Source: a virus. Taken from it: a DNA stretch of 64,000 bases. The first letter of the stretch is position 1; each line of letters begins with the position of its first letter. Shown here in pieces: positions 9,655 through 19,472 of the stretch. The stretch lies in IMG/VR virus record IMGVR_UViG_3300009181_007093; one strand, given 5' to 3'. The position numbers and the translations under genes are program-made. The notes beneath the pieces were generated by a model, which was given only the letters and a program-made list of their open reading frames with translations, was not told the DNA's origin and did no database searches.

Positions 9655-10308
9655 TTAGCTTTTTGTAAAAAAAGCGACCACAGAACATCTGGCTTTTTCT
9701 CCAGCATTTACATCGACTCTATTAATGGAGTGCCACACACCAGTCTTAGTAAAAACCATTCTATTTGGTTTAGGAGAAATATATCTTCCCATTGCCAGGT
9801 TATCTAATACGGCACCAGAATGCTGCCTATTGATAGGATCGTTGTTTTCCGTACATTTCACATCATTGTTATTTACATCTGCTAATAGCAACTCTCCTCC
9901 CCAATTTGAACTCCATTTTTCATGAGGATAAAAAATTGCAGCCGCTACGTATCCTGTGTCATTGTGCCAAGAGATTTTTGTTCCTACTGGATATATGTAC
10001 GGAGTAAGAAAAAAGTCATCCCAATCTTCTCCTTTTTTACCAACCACATCTTGAAGATGCTGCTCTGCTAACGCCAATATAACAGCGTGAAGCCCATCCA
10101 TTGGACATCCAAAAGGTGCTCTAGAATGGTAATACGGAGGACCAGCAAGAATTTGACCATCTGTTAAACGCCAAATTTTTTGCCACCCCGTCATAGACCT
10201 AAAAGCAAAATCCATTGAACCAAAGTAAGAAACAAACTGATCAAATGTATTTTTATCAAATACATCATCTACAATTGCATAATTATTTTCTTTTGTGGTA
10301 AGTTGCAT
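9655..10308 (-). CDS. 2OG-Fe(II) oxygenase (prolyl-4-hydroxylase-like)
   Basis: WHND, WGGEL, PKPNRMVF, WHSI...R.S. Confidence 0.9.
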   Translation of the reverse strand: MQLTTKENNYAIVDDVFDKNTFDQFVSYFGSMDFAFRSMTGWQKIWRLTDGQILAGPPYYHSRAPFGCPMDGLHAVILALAEQHLQDVVGKKGEDWDDFFLTPYIYPVGTKISWHNDTGYVAAAIFYPHEKWSSNWGGELLLADVNNNDVKCTENNDPINRQHSGAVLDNLAMGRYISPKPNRMVFTKTGVWHSINRVDVNAGEKARCSVVAFFTKS

Positions 10309-10320
10309 TTTTAAAAATTT

Positions 10321-11058
10321 CTACAATGGTCTTGATTGAACATCTGACATTAGTTTCGGCAAAATTGCCATAGCTTGTTCTGTCATTCTTTCATACTCAC
10401 TAATATCCATACTAAATATTCTGTAGTGATGTACGATTGCATTTTTCATTATCTGCGGCTTATGTCCTCTGCTTTGTGCTCTCATAGTTAGTATGAATGC
10501 ACTTCCTATCATTGGAAGCTCTTCAGGCCAAGGCCCAATATCCTTCCATGCTTCCCTTGTCATTGCAACAATAAAATCTTGTAAGAAATCTATCTTTTGA
10601 GTTCCTATCATATAGCTCTGTGTATCAATGCCAATAAGTCCTGACTGTTGTGCTTCAGAAACATTGATAAGAAGATCCATCCATGCTGGATTTAGAACAA
10701 CAACATCACAATGTAGAAAAATAAAATATTTTGAGTTACCATCAGCAGCTTGAACTCCTTTGTTACAAGCAGCAGACCAATATAAATTCTTTTCATTTCT
10801 TACAACTTTTACTTCACCTTCAATATCCTTTAAAAAGTCCTGTGACTCTTTACCGCTTGCGTTGTCGACTACTATAATTTCATAATTATTATTAAATGAA
10901 GTAACAGCAATAGATTGCAAACATATATTAAGATATTCTGGTCTGTCTTTGTGTACGATAATTATAGATACATGTTCGTCGGTGTTCTCATGTAACTTTA
11001 TGCTAAGTTCCGGCTTATCTCCTTCAAGGGGATTATGAGGAGTAATAGATGTTGCCAT
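10321..11058 (-). CDS. Glycosyltransferase family 2
   Basis: SIIIVH, CLQSI, EIIVVDNAS, ACNKG, FLHCD. Confidence 0.9.
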   Translation of the reverse strand: MATSITPHNPLEGDKPELSIKLHENTDEHVSIIIVHKDRPEYLNICLQSIAVTSFNNNYEIIVVDNASGKESQDFLKDIEGEVKVVRNEKNLYWSAACNKGVQAADGNSKYFIFLHCDVVVLNPAWMDLLINVSEAQQSGLIGIDTQSYMIGTQKIDFLQDFIVAMTREAWKDIGPWPEELPMIGSAFILTMRAQSRGHKPQIMKNAIVHHYRIFSMDISEYERMTEQAMAILPKLMSDVQSRPL

Positions 11059-11115
11059 TTTTCATACCTTTCTTTATTTATTATTTCGACCGATTCTAAA
11101 CCTACCAAAAATAGA

Positions 11116-11325
11116 TTAATCGGTCAAGTCAATTTCAAAAACTCCTCTTTCGCAAACACACGCAATAGTTCCATTTGGAGTAACAATAGATTCAGCATAC
11201 CTTGTAGATAGTTCTTTAGAAAATTGCTCTGCGGATTCCCTAGTCTTAAATGCTTTTTCTACCTTTACAACACAATATTCGCCATCTACTTGCCTGGCCA
11301 CAGAAATAATAGCAAAAACTTTCAA
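11116..11325 (-). CDS. Small hypothetical protein
   Basis: Likely TTG start at 11325 (MKVFAIISVARQ) after AAGGGAA. The longer track ORF is an off-frame read of the tandem repeat. Confidence 0.6.
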   Translation of the reverse strand: MKVFAIISVARQVDGEYCVVKVEKAFKTRESAEQFSKELSTRYAESIVTPNGTIACVCERGVFEIDLTD

Positions 11326-11329
11326 AATA

Positions 11330-12121
11330 TTAAATTCCCTTCTTAGAGTCTTCCTGAGCGTCTTCCTGAGCGTCTTCCTGAGCGTCATCCTGAGAGTCAT
11401 CCTGAGAGTCGTCCTGAGAGTCCTGAGCGTCCTGAGCGTCCTGACCACCGGAACTAATGTGAGACAACGTCTCGATATACAAATCGTCCTGAGCGTCTTC
11501 CTGAGCGTCTTCCTGAGCGTCTTCCTGAGCGTCTTCCTGAGCGTCTTCCTGAGCGTCTTCCCGAAAAAAGTCCTGAGCTTCGTCAGCGTCTTCTTGAGCG
11601 TCCTGAGCGACTTCCTGAGCTTTCTGAAGAACTTCCTGAGCAGCAATCGTTGGTTTACATTCAGAATCTGGCACATGATCAAGACGATCAAGGGCACAAG
11701 CTATTTTATCAAAGTCATTTCTAAAAACTCCTTTGCCTCTGGGTTTGGCAACGTCCGGAGATACAGAAACAACGTCCGGAGATACAGAAACAACATCCGG
11801 AGATACCTCTATGTCTTTATCGTCAAATTCTATGTCTGTATCATCAAAAGATTTTTTAACGTTTTTATTCCTAAGTTTGCGCTGCACTAAAGCTAAATGT
11901 TTTGAATAACCTTTTCTCCATGCTTTTAAGGCTTGATGAGGGAATCTGGAAGCACTCTTTTTAAGTTCTTCTTTTACAATCAAACTAACATTTTGTCTGT
12001 CAATCCATTCACAAAGCTTTTTAAGAGTTAAATTGCTTAGATCACATGGCTTTCTATTATCAACTTCTGGACGTCCTGTCGTAAGCTGTATTTTAAATGC
12101 TTCTGGATTCCCTACACTCAT
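11330..12121 (-). CDS. Hypothetical protein with acidic EDAQ and VSVSPDV repeats
   Basis: Basic N-terminal domain and low-complexity acidic tail encoded by minisatellites. Confidence 0.75.
   Translation of the reverse strand: MSVGNPEAFKIQLTTGRPEVDNRKPCDLSNLTLKKLCEWIDRQNVSLIVKEELKKSASRFPHQALKAWRKGYSKHLALVQRKLRNKNVKKSFDDTDIEFDDKDIEVSPDVVSVSPDVVSVSPDVAKPRGKGVFRNDFDKIACALDRLDHVPDSECKPTIAAQEVLQKAQEVAQDAQEDADEAQDFFREDAQEDAQEDAQEDAQEDAQEDAQDDLYIETLSHISSGGQDAQDAQDSQDDSQDDSQDDAQEDAQEDAQEDSKKGI
11346..11641. repeat. 12-bp tandem repeats (gagcgtcttcct and variants; EDAQ)
   Basis: Two arrays directly visible; approximate ends. Confidence 0.9.
11749..11806. repeat. 21-bp tandem repeat, about 3 copies (caacgtccggagatacagaaa)
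   Basis: Directly visible. Confidence 0.9.
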
Positions 12122-12148
12122 TTAATTCTTTCCACGATTTAATATCGT

Positions 12149-12574
12149 TTAATTTACATCTTGTTCTGCGTCTTGTTCTGCGTCTTGTTCTGCGTCTTGT
12201 TCTGCGTCTTGTTCTACATCTTGTTCTACATCTTGTTCTGCGTCTTGTTCTGCGTCTTGTTCTACATCTTGTTCTGACGGTGCATCTGGTGCTTCTGTTT
12301 TAACAGAACTTTCATAATAACCAGATCTAGCCTTAGATACATATTCAAAAAGCTCTTCTGGAAGTTTTGGAGGCTCTATAATATCTGGACGCAAAGCACT
12401 CAATATATCTTGTTCTAAAGAAGCAATATCTATATTCTTATCTATTTCTTTAAAAAAAACACGTTCTTTTATATAATCAATATTCACATCAATAACAATA
12501 GTTTTTCCATCTTCATTAATGAATTCTATAGACATAGGAAACAAAGGATTAGCAGAAACTATTTGGTATTGCAT
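12149..12574 (-). CDS. Hypothetical protein with acidic (A/V)EQD repeats
   Basis: Likely ATG 12574 (MQYQIVS), just downstream of CACTATATTAA at 12579..12589. Confidence 0.7.
   Translation of the reverse strand: MQYQIVSANPLFPMSIEFINEDGKTIVIDVNIDYIKERVFFKEIDKNIDIASLEQDILSALRPDIIEPPKLPEELFEYVSKARSGYYESSVKTEAPDAPSEQDVEQDAEQDAEQDVEQDVEQDAEQDAEQDAEQDAEQDVN
12156..12277. repeat. 12-bp tandem repeat, about 10 copies (tcttgttctgcg / tcttgttctaca)
   Basis: Directly visible. Confidence 0.9.
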
Positions 12575-12628
12575 ATGATTAATATAGTGATAATGCAAAA
12601 TTTTAAAAAATACAATATATAAATTATC

Positions 12629-12877
12629 ATGGAATTTAAAAATTGGCTAAATTTGCCATTAATAGAAAAAAGCGGCAAAATAGAACTATTAAGGGACAAA
12701 GTCAATCCAATATATATGCAAATATCAGATGGATCAAAACTTTTTTTTACTTTTGATGAATTTAAAAGAATATCTGGGAAGCCATCTGTTGGAAAAACTA
12801 TTATTTGGAAAGCACAAAGAAATCCAAAAGATACAACACAAAATACATCTAAAATTACTTTTTGTAAAATAATTTAG
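12629..12877 (+). CDS. Small hypothetical protein with capsid-targeting-like N-terminus
   Basis: MEFKNWLNLPLIE; AATATATAAAT just upstream. Confidence 0.65.
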   Translation: MEFKNWLNLPLIEKSGKIELLRDKVNPIYMQISDGSKLFFTFDEFKRISGKPSVGKTIIWKAQRNPKDTTQNTSKITFCKII

Positions 12878-12911
12878 ATGTATTTTTGAGAAAAACAGAC
12901 TGGCATCTGCA

Positions 12912-13109
12912 TCAATATGCAGATCTGATCTTTGTTATGTCTATTTTGTCTGGGTCTAATCCTGGCCCATATGGAGAAGGAGAATATTCCTTTTGTAGCT
13001 TGTATATTACTCTGTCTGAAACCTTATCGATGAAAATCTTTGTTCCAATACCAAAAAACAAAAGTAAAATTGTCATACATACAAAAACATAAATTAATTT
13101 ATTATTCAT
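12912..13109 (-). CDS. Small membrane-anchored protein
   Basis: N-terminal TM helix; YSPSPYGPGLDPD tail. Confidence 0.6.
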   Translation of the reverse strand: MNNKLIYVFVCMTILLLFFGIGTKIFIDKVSDRVIYKLQKEYSPSPYGPGLDPDKIDITKIRSAY

Positions 13110-13173
13110 CTAATAGCCTCTCTAAATGTGTTTCGTTCATCTCGGTCCAGTGTACCAAAAATATAATCATGCG

Positions 13174-14202
13174 TCAATGGATTGTTTCGTTCCAATTTTT
13201 TATATTTGGAGTAACATTTTGTTTTTCTAATTCTGCCAACTTTAACAAAGTAGCCTTATATTCTTCGTTTATTTCTCTTGGTGTTTCTAACTTTAAAGTA
13301 ACAACCATATCTCCTATGCTTCCTCTTGATGGCATGCCTTTTCCTTTTACTCTAAATCTAGTATGTGCTTGACATCCTGCTGGAACTTTTATCAAAACTT
13401 TTTCATTAGAAACACAGGGGGTAATAATGTCTCCGCCCAATGCTAACTGACTATAAGATACCGGTATCTCTATGAAAATATTCGGACCCTCTCTTTTAAA
13501 TATAGGGCTTTCTCTTATAGAAATAAAAACTAACAAGTCTCCATTTCTACCACCTCTCAAGGATTCATCGCCTTCCCCAGAAAAAACAATTTGTGCCATA
13601 TGTTCTATTCCAGGCGGAATTTTACATTTCACTGTTTTTTCTTCAAACGATTCAGATCCTTTTCCTTTACAAGTATCACACTTTTTAGTATTAATTTTAC
13701 CTATACCAGAACAATGCCCACAAGATTGTCGAAGTACAAAAGGTGCTTCAGACACCTGAACAAAACCGTTGCCGTTGCATTGCTCACATTTTAAAAACTC
13801 AGAAAAGCCATTGCCAGAACATGTTTTACATCGGTTGCTTTTTTTGAATGTAATTTCTTTTTCGCATCCATTTAAAACATCAACCAAATCTATCTCTATC
13901 TTTTCTTGTAAATTTTTTCCTCTAAAAACACTATTAGAAAAAATTTCATCCATTGAAAATTCAAAGCCTGAATTATGAACTTGTCTGCTTCTAAAATTCA
14001 TGCCTCCACTGTCGTAAGACTGTCTTTTTCTTGTATCGCTTAGAATTTCATAGGATTTTTGTATTTCCTTAAAGGTATTGGCTGCTTCCGGATTGTCTCT
14101 GTTCACATCAGGATGGTACTTTTTTGCACACTCCCGATATGCTTTGTTAATATCATTAATCGTAGACGATTTATCAAGTCCAAGTATTTTATATGGGTCC
14201 AT
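13174..14202 (-). CDS. dnaJ: DnaJ chaperone (class A)
   Basis: J-domain HPD motif, four CxxCxGxG zinc repeats, C-terminal domain. Confidence 0.97.
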   Translation of the reverse strand: MDPYKILGLDKSSTINDINKAYRECAKKYHPDVNRDNPEAANTFKEIQKSYEILSDTRKRQSYDSGGMNFRSRQVHNSGFEFSMDEIFSNSVFRGKNLQEKIEIDLVDVLNGCEKEITFKKSNRCKTCSGNGFSEFLKCEQCNGNGFVQVSEAPFVLRQSCGHCSGIGKINTKKCDTCKGKGSESFEEKTVKCKIPPGIEHMAQIVFSGEGDESLRGGRNGDLLVFISIRESPIFKREGPNIFIEIPVSYSQLALGGDIITPCVSNEKVLIKVPAGCQAHTRFRVKGKGMPSRGSIGDMVVTLKLETPREINEEYKATLLKLAELEKQNVTPNIKNWNETIH

Positions 14203-14213
14203 TTCTATTTTTC

Positions 14214-14561
14214 CTAGCCCTCAGACAAAACTCCCTTAATAGAACTTGGTTCCATGAAAAATCTATCTCTATGTGATCCATCATAATTAGGAGCCATAAC
14301 ACCACCTCCAGAAACTATAACTCGATCACCTATTTTATAGCCCCAACTATCACTCAAAAATCCTGGACCAACGGATCGAATATAACCCTGAAGAGGAACC
14401 TTTAAATCAGTACTTTCAGAAAGGGCTAATGTTGTACCCATAAGCTCTTGTGATGTTAGCATTTCAACTAAAACCTGACTTCCTGTTGCGTGTACACCAA
14501 CAATTTTTGGTGTATTTGTATTGGATAGAATCTTTCCTGTCGTGCTAATAATTTTACTCAT
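14214..14561 (-). CDS. groES: GroES-like co-chaperonin
   Basis: GSQVLVE...GYIRSVGPG...KIGDRVIV...SIKGVL matches the GroES pattern. Confidence 0.8.
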   Translation of the reverse strand: MSKIISTTGKILSNTNTPKIVGVHATGSQVLVEMLTSQELMGTTLALSESTDLKVPLQGYIRSVGPGFLSDSWGYKIGDRVIVSGGGVMAPNYDGSHRDRFFMEPSSIKGVLSEG

Positions 14562-14604
14562 ATGAACCCTTTTCTGTTAAAAACAATTTATATACATACA
14601 GTCG

Positions 14605-14650
14605 GAACGACCGTTCTGTATAATATACCAAAACGTAAAGTATCTGTCAA
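14605..14650 (-). promoter_or_regulatory. sigma70-type promoter TTGACA-17-TATATT with palindrome GAACGACCGTTC over the predicted +1
   Basis: -35 at 14645..14650, -10 at 14622..14627, palindrome at 14605..14616. Confidence 0.65.
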
Positions 14651-14685
14651 CGCCATAACGAAATTTTTCAAAAACAAATCTAAAG

Positions 14686-15054
14686 TCATTCTAAAATAAC
14701 ATGCCCCTCATTCCCTGCATTTTCTAGATCATCGTATTCTTCTTCATATTCTTCTTCATGCTCTGAATAGTATGCGGTTTCAGGAAAATATTTTTGCGTA
14801 CATATAAATTCTGAATTGTAAGGCGGGTTATCAAAAACAGTTGTCAAATGATCAGAATCAATATTATTGTCAGGTTTCCAACAATAATATTCTTGTGTTT
14901 TATCTTCTGGCTTGTTGGTTTTTTCAAATAGTCGATCTACTTTACTAGTGCATATAGCATCACTTAAGTCTAAATAGCCTCCACATCCTTGTTTGTATAT
15001 ATCTTTAGAAAATTCTATTAATTCTTTTTTAGAAATACTAATCATTTCATTCAT
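14686..15054 (-). CDS. Hypothetical acidic protein
   Basis: Coupled to the ALDH stop (TAATG). Confidence 0.6.
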   Translation of the reverse strand: MNEMISISKKELIEFSKDIYKQGCGGYLDLSDAICTSKVDRLFEKTNKPEDKTQEYYCWKPDNNIDSDHLTTVFDNPPYNSEFICTQKYFPETAYYSEHEEEYEEEYDDLENAGNEGHVILE

Positions 15055-16556
15055 TATTTTAGTCCTTGTGGAAAATTTAAAGTTACAGAATGATTCACTG
15101 ACACTGCGACTTTATGTACGACAGCATCAAACATTCCTGCTGCTGATGGCCAACCGTTACCCGACTTCTTAATACCTCCAAAAGGCAGATGTGATTCAGC
15201 TCCTATTGAGCCCAAATTAAAATAAATCATACCTGCATCGCATAAGTTTCTTATTTTTCTCATATTACGAAAATCATTCGTAATAACTCCCAATGACAAA
15301 CCAAAATCTGTATCGTTATAAATCCTTATTGCATCTTCAATAGTATCAAAAGGTATAATAGCTACATGCGGTCCAAATACTTCTTGCTTTAAATATTCTT
15401 TATCAGACCATTCGACCTCGTAAACAAAAGGTCGTAAAAACCAGCCTTTTGTCAAAAGTTCTTGTAATATAGGCTCATCATACAAAACAGTTGCATCTTT
15501 ATCTTTGCGAACCAACTCATTAAATCTCTGCACACGTTCCATCTGATCTTTGCTAATTAGAGGTCCAAATTCAACGGAGCAAACTCCTACGCTTTTATCA
15601 AATGGATTTTTAACATTAGCGATTCCAACTTCATATAAAAATCTCTCTTTAAACTTCTTCATTACTGATCTATGAATTAGTAATCGTCCAGCAGAAACAC
15701 ATCGCTGACCGCTTAATTTGAAAGCACTATTAATGCAAGCAGATACTGCTAAATCAATATCGCAATCATCAAATACCATCACGGCAGATTTGCTGCCCAT
15801 CTCGCAGCTACATGTTTTATTCCAACTCTCTGCACAGTTCATTCTTATGAGCATTCCTACGTCCGCACTGCCCGTAAAACAAATATGATTTACATCATTA
15901 TTTTTAACAATTTTGCTACCAACATTTCCATCGCCATGGATCATATTAAAAACACCCGATGGGAAGCCTGCCTTCTCATATATCTCTGCTGTTTTTTGAC
16001 CAACCAGTGGAGTTAATTCACTTGGTTTAAAAACAACAGTATTTCCTTCTAGTATGGAAGGACCAGCACACCAAAATCCACCAATTGCAAAAGGAAAGTT
16101 CCAAGGTGCTATAACAGCAACAACTCCTTTTGGTTTCCGAATAATGTATGAATCCCGCTCAGAAAGCTCTGATGATACAATATCACCACAGCTTTCGCGT
16201 CCTTTGCCAAAACAATATTGAGACATATGCAAAGCTTCAATAACTTCAGCTTTACTTTCATTAAGACTTTTACCTGTTTCTAAAGAAATAGTTTTGGTTA
16301 CATCTTCTTCCATTTGTTCCAAAACTCTGCACAGATTCCAAAAATATTCTGCTCTCTTTACCCTACTAATTTGACTCCACGATTCAAAAGATTTTTTAGC
16401 TGTTTGGATTGCTAAGTTTATATCATTGGCAGAAGAATCAGGAAAAGAACCTATAATATCTTCTGTTGATGGATCGTATGAATTAAAAAAAGAACTAGAA
16501 TCTTCTGCTTGGAATTTACCATTGATAAAATTTAAGTTTTTCATAAAGTTTTCCAT
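15054..16556 (-). CDS. NAD(P)-dependent aldehyde dehydrogenase
   Basis: PWNFP, KPSE, FTGS, catalytic EMGSKS and GQRCVS, EVFGP, PFGGIKKSG. Confidence 0.97.
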   Translation of the reverse strand: MENFMKNLNFINGKFQAEDSSSFFNSYDPSTEDIIGSFPDSSANDINLAIQTAKKSFESWSQISRVKRAEYFWNLCRVLEQMEEDVTKTISLETGKSLNESKAEVIEALHMSQYCFGKGRESCGDIVSSELSERDSYIIRKPKGVVAVIAPWNFPFAIGGFWCAGPSILEGNTVVFKPSELTPLVGQKTAEIYEKAGFPSGVFNMIHGDGNVGSKIVKNNDVNHICFTGSADVGMLIRMNCAESWNKTCSCEMGSKSAVMVFDDCDIDLAVSACINSAFKLSGQRCVSAGRLLIHRSVMKKFKERFLYEVGIANVKNPFDKSVGVCSVEFGPLISKDQMERVQRFNELVRKDKDATVLYDEPILQELLTKGWFLRPFVYEVEWSDKEYLKQEVFGPHVAIIPFDTIEDAIRIYNDTDFGLSLGVITNDFRNMRKIRNLCDAGMIYFNLGSIGAESHLPFGGIKKSGNGWPSAAGMFDAVVHKVAVSVNHSVTLNFPQGLK

Positions 16557-16574
16557 TTTTGGTAAGGAGTGTGT

Positions 16575-17306
16575 TTAAAAGTAGTTTATAAAGTAACATT
16601 TTTCATCTTTTTCTCCAAGAAGAACTGCACTCATATAATTGTTTCCAATGAGAAAAAAATCTAATGCTTTGGACGCTTCTTCAACAGAGTTATAGCTATT
16701 TCTTTCTCCATTTTTCCCTATAAAATAATATTCGTTTTCTCCTGAAAAAACTTTAAATCCAGGAACAACTATACAAAAATTATCAAATATAGAATTGTAA
16801 TTATCTTCTGGAAAACGCTCTAGTGTTTTAACTATTTTTTTTGTTGATTCCGAAGCTATTTCCAAAAAATGATGTAGAGGGTATACTCTTGGCTCGTACT
16901 CTACACTCTGTCCTTGTCCAAAAGAGTTAATATCATTTAATATTTTATTTTTATTTATTTTATAACGTAACATTTTTGCCAATATAATGGCACTTGCTGC
17001 AATACCAATCGAATGAAATCCATAATACATTGCATTTGATTCTTCTAAAAAAAGTACGTAAGATTTAATCTCTTCAGATAAGAAATAGCATCCCATATCT
17101 TCATATTTATGTATTTTTTCATTCGCAGACTCTATATCTTTTTTATATAATTCATTAAATCTTAAAAAACTCCAGAAACAATTTGGTTGGCTTTCCCATT
17201 GTTCTATATTTCTTCTTAAAAAATACAAATCTATAATTTGTATTTTCTTTAACTTTCTAGATTTCATGCCTGATTCTAAGCATTCTTCTTTAACAGAATG
17301 AATCAT
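16575..17306 (-). CDS. Hypothetical protein
   Basis: 243 aa ORF in operon; no recognised motif. Confidence 0.65.
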   Translation of the reverse strand: MIHSVKEECLESGMKSRKLKKIQIIDLYFLRRNIEQWESQPNCFWSFLRFNELYKKDIESANEKIHKYEDMGCYFLSEEIKSYVLFLEESNAMYYGFHSIGIAASAIILAKMLRYKINKNKILNDINSFGQGQSVEYEPRVYPLHHFLEIASESTKKIVKTLERFPEDNYNSIFDNFCIVVPGFKVFSGENEYYFIGKNGERNSYNSVEEASKALDFFLIGNNYMSAVLLGEKDEKCYFINYF

Positions 17307-17309
17307 TTT

Positions 17310-17846
17310 CTAAGCTTTCCGCAGTTCTTTTGGAGACAGACAACAAAAAATTCTATTTCCATCTAACTTTGGTGCCTTCTCTAGAACAGAAAAAGGAGCA
17401 AGGTTTTCAATCATTTTAGTAATAACATCAAAACCTTTTTCTTTGTGAGAAAGTTCACGTTGCCCTTTAAAAATAAGAATTAAATTAACCTTCATTCCTT
17501 CTTCTAGAAATCTTTTAGCCCGAGCTGTTTTAACATCAATATCGTGTTTTTCTATAGAAGGTCTTAGTCTTAATTCTTTAAGCTGTACCTGAGACTCTCT
17601 TTGTTTTTTGTGGTGTTCTTTTTTTTTGATTTGTTGTTCATACTTAAATCTACCGTGATTTACAACTCTGCAAACCGGCGGCGTAACATTTGCCGCAATC
17701 TCTACAAGATCCATTCCACAATCTTGTGCGATCTTTATTGCTTTTTCTAACCCCATCACCCCAAGTTGCTTTTCTTCAACTATCACACGAACTTGTGGTG
17801 CCTTAATTTGCCAATTTATACGAAAAACATCTTTACTTTCATCCAT
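17310..17846 (-). CDS. infC: Translation initiation factor IF-3
   Basis: RINWQIKAPQVRVI, DLVEIAANVTPPVCR, KELRLRPSIEKHD, FLEEGMKV, FKGQRE. Confidence 0.96.
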   Translation of the reverse strand: MDESKDVFRINWQIKAPQVRVIVEEKQLGVMGLEKAIKIAQDCGMDLVEIAANVTPPVCRVVNHGRFKYEQQIKKKEHHKKQRESQVQLKELRLRPSIEKHDIDVKTARAKRFLEEGMKVNLILIFKGQRELSHKEKGFDVITKMIENLAPFSVLEKAPKLDGNRIFCCLSPKELRKA

Positions 17847-17849
17847 TTT

Positions 17850-19466
17850 TTACCTGATCGTGGTGGAATTTATTACGCTTTTAAGACCTAGCGAAACGCT
17901 AACTGGGTCTAAACAAACGTTTATTACAGATAACACTTTGTTTTTTAAAGATAAAGAAATAGATTCTTCTAATTGGTCTTCAGTTTCAACCTTATATCCA
18001 AATCCGCCGCCCATCATATCAGAAACCTTATGGTAACTCCAGTCTCTAATAAAAATATTTAAAATATTTTTTTCTGTTGCGTATCCTTTATTATTCAAAA
18101 CAAATATTATTGGGTTTAATTTATGCTGTAAAATAGTACTAATTTCTGATACGGACATTTGGAACGCCCCATCTCCAACTAAAACAATAGGGCGAATATT
18201 AGGTTTAGCCATTTGAAATCCTAACGCACCAGGAATAGCCAAACCCATACTGCAATAAAATGCAGGGCTTATGAACTGGTGGTGGTGCACGTTTAGCCTT
18301 GTTGCTCCAAACAAACTCTCACCAATATCTGCAACCACTGCCATTTTTTCATTTAAAATATTATTTATTTTTTCAAAAAATCTATCCACAGTTATTAATG
18401 CACCATTAACTGGTGTAAAAACTTTTGATTCTTTCTTTTCTAAAGTTATTTTTTCTTTCTTACCAAGATCAATTTTAAAAAGATCTTTACAGAAATCAGT
18501 GAATTTTACACCATTATAAATATGATTTTTTATCTTCAATCCTTCTGTAGAACAAAATATAGTTTGTTGTTTTGTAAATTTAGGAGTTTGAAAACCAGAT
18601 AGCATTTCTGTTAACATTTCCCCTAAAACAAGCAAACAATCAGAGTCGTCAACAAGCTTTCTAACACATTCTTGGCTTGTCTGGTTGCCACAGTACACAC
18701 CAGCAAAAAGTTCATGATTTTCATTTATTGAAGATTTACTCAATAGAGTTGTTACTATGGGTATATTGTTCTTTTCTGCAAACCTTACTAGACTTTCATC
18801 TAAACCAAATCTAGTTATTTGAACACCTGCAATTATTACTGGTGTTTTTGAATTTTTAATCCAATTAATTGTTTCATCCATAGCCTCTTTAAGGCTTTCT
18901 GGATCGCTTTTTTGCTCTACAGGAGTACCTTGTGTATAAACATCGTACTTAATTGGTTGCGAGGCTACATCACGAGGAAGCTCAATATAAATAGGCTGCT
19001 TGTTGTGTCTGAGCATTTCTAGTGCATTGTCTATTTTCCAACCAGCAGTTGTTGAGTTATCTAAAACAACGCTGCAACATGTTATGTGAGAAAATATTTT
19101 ATGTTGATTGTCAAAACTTTCTAAAACATGATGCAACATTAAATCTTCATTTCTCTCTTTAATTCCTGGTGAACCGCTTATAACAACAACAGGAGATTTT
19201 TCTGCGTACGCTCCTGCGATAGAATTGCATAGCTTTAGTGCTCCAACGCTATAAGTAGCACAAACACATCCTATGCCATTGGCTCTTGCATACGCATCTG
19301 CTGCGAATCCTGCATGATTCTCATCTGTATTGCTAACAAATTTTATCTTTTCATTCTGTGAAAGATTCCCTATGAATTCTGATAGATAATCTCCTGGCAC
19401 ACCAAAAATGTGTTTAATCCCAGAATTGCCTAATCTTTCAATAAGAAATTCAGCTACAGATGGCAT
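17850..19466 (-). CDS. TPP-dependent alpha-keto acid decarboxylase (pyruvate/indolepyruvate decarboxylase family)
   Basis: FGVPGDY, ENHAGFAADAYAR, AGAYAEKSPV, LHH, GDGAFQM...NNKGY. Confidence 0.95.
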   Translation of the reverse strand: MPSVAEFLIERLGNSGIKHIFGVPGDYLSEFIGNLSQNEKIKFVSNTDENHAGFAADAYARANGIGCVCATYSVGALKLCNSIAGAYAEKSPVVVISGSPGIKERNEDLMLHHVLESFDNQHKIFSHITCCSVVLDNSTTAGWKIDNALEMLRHNKQPIYIELPRDVASQPIKYDVYTQGTPVEQKSDPESLKEAMDETINWIKNSKTPVIIAGVQITRFGLDESLVRFAEKNNIPIVTTLLSKSSINENHELFAGVYCGNQTSQECVRKLVDDSDCLLVLGEMLTEMLSGFQTPKFTKQQTIFCSTEGLKIKNHIYNGVKFTDFCKDLFKIDLGKKEKITLEKKESKVFTPVNGALITVDRFFEKINNILNEKMAVVADIGESLFGATRLNVHHHQFISPAFYCSMGLAIPGALGFQMAKPNIRPIVLVGDGAFQMSVSEISTILQHKLNPIIFVLNNKGYATEKNILNIFIRDWSYHKVSDMMGGGFGYKVETEDQLEESISLSLKNKVLSVINVCLDPVSVSLGLKSVINSTTIR

Positions 19467-19472
19467 TTATTT

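Noticed and set aside
11116-12303. Long ORFs 11116..11697 (RKTL repeats), 11459..11890 and 12097..12303
   Set aside because: Off-frame or antisense reads of 12-bp tandem repeats that lack stops; only 11116..11325 looks like a real gene.
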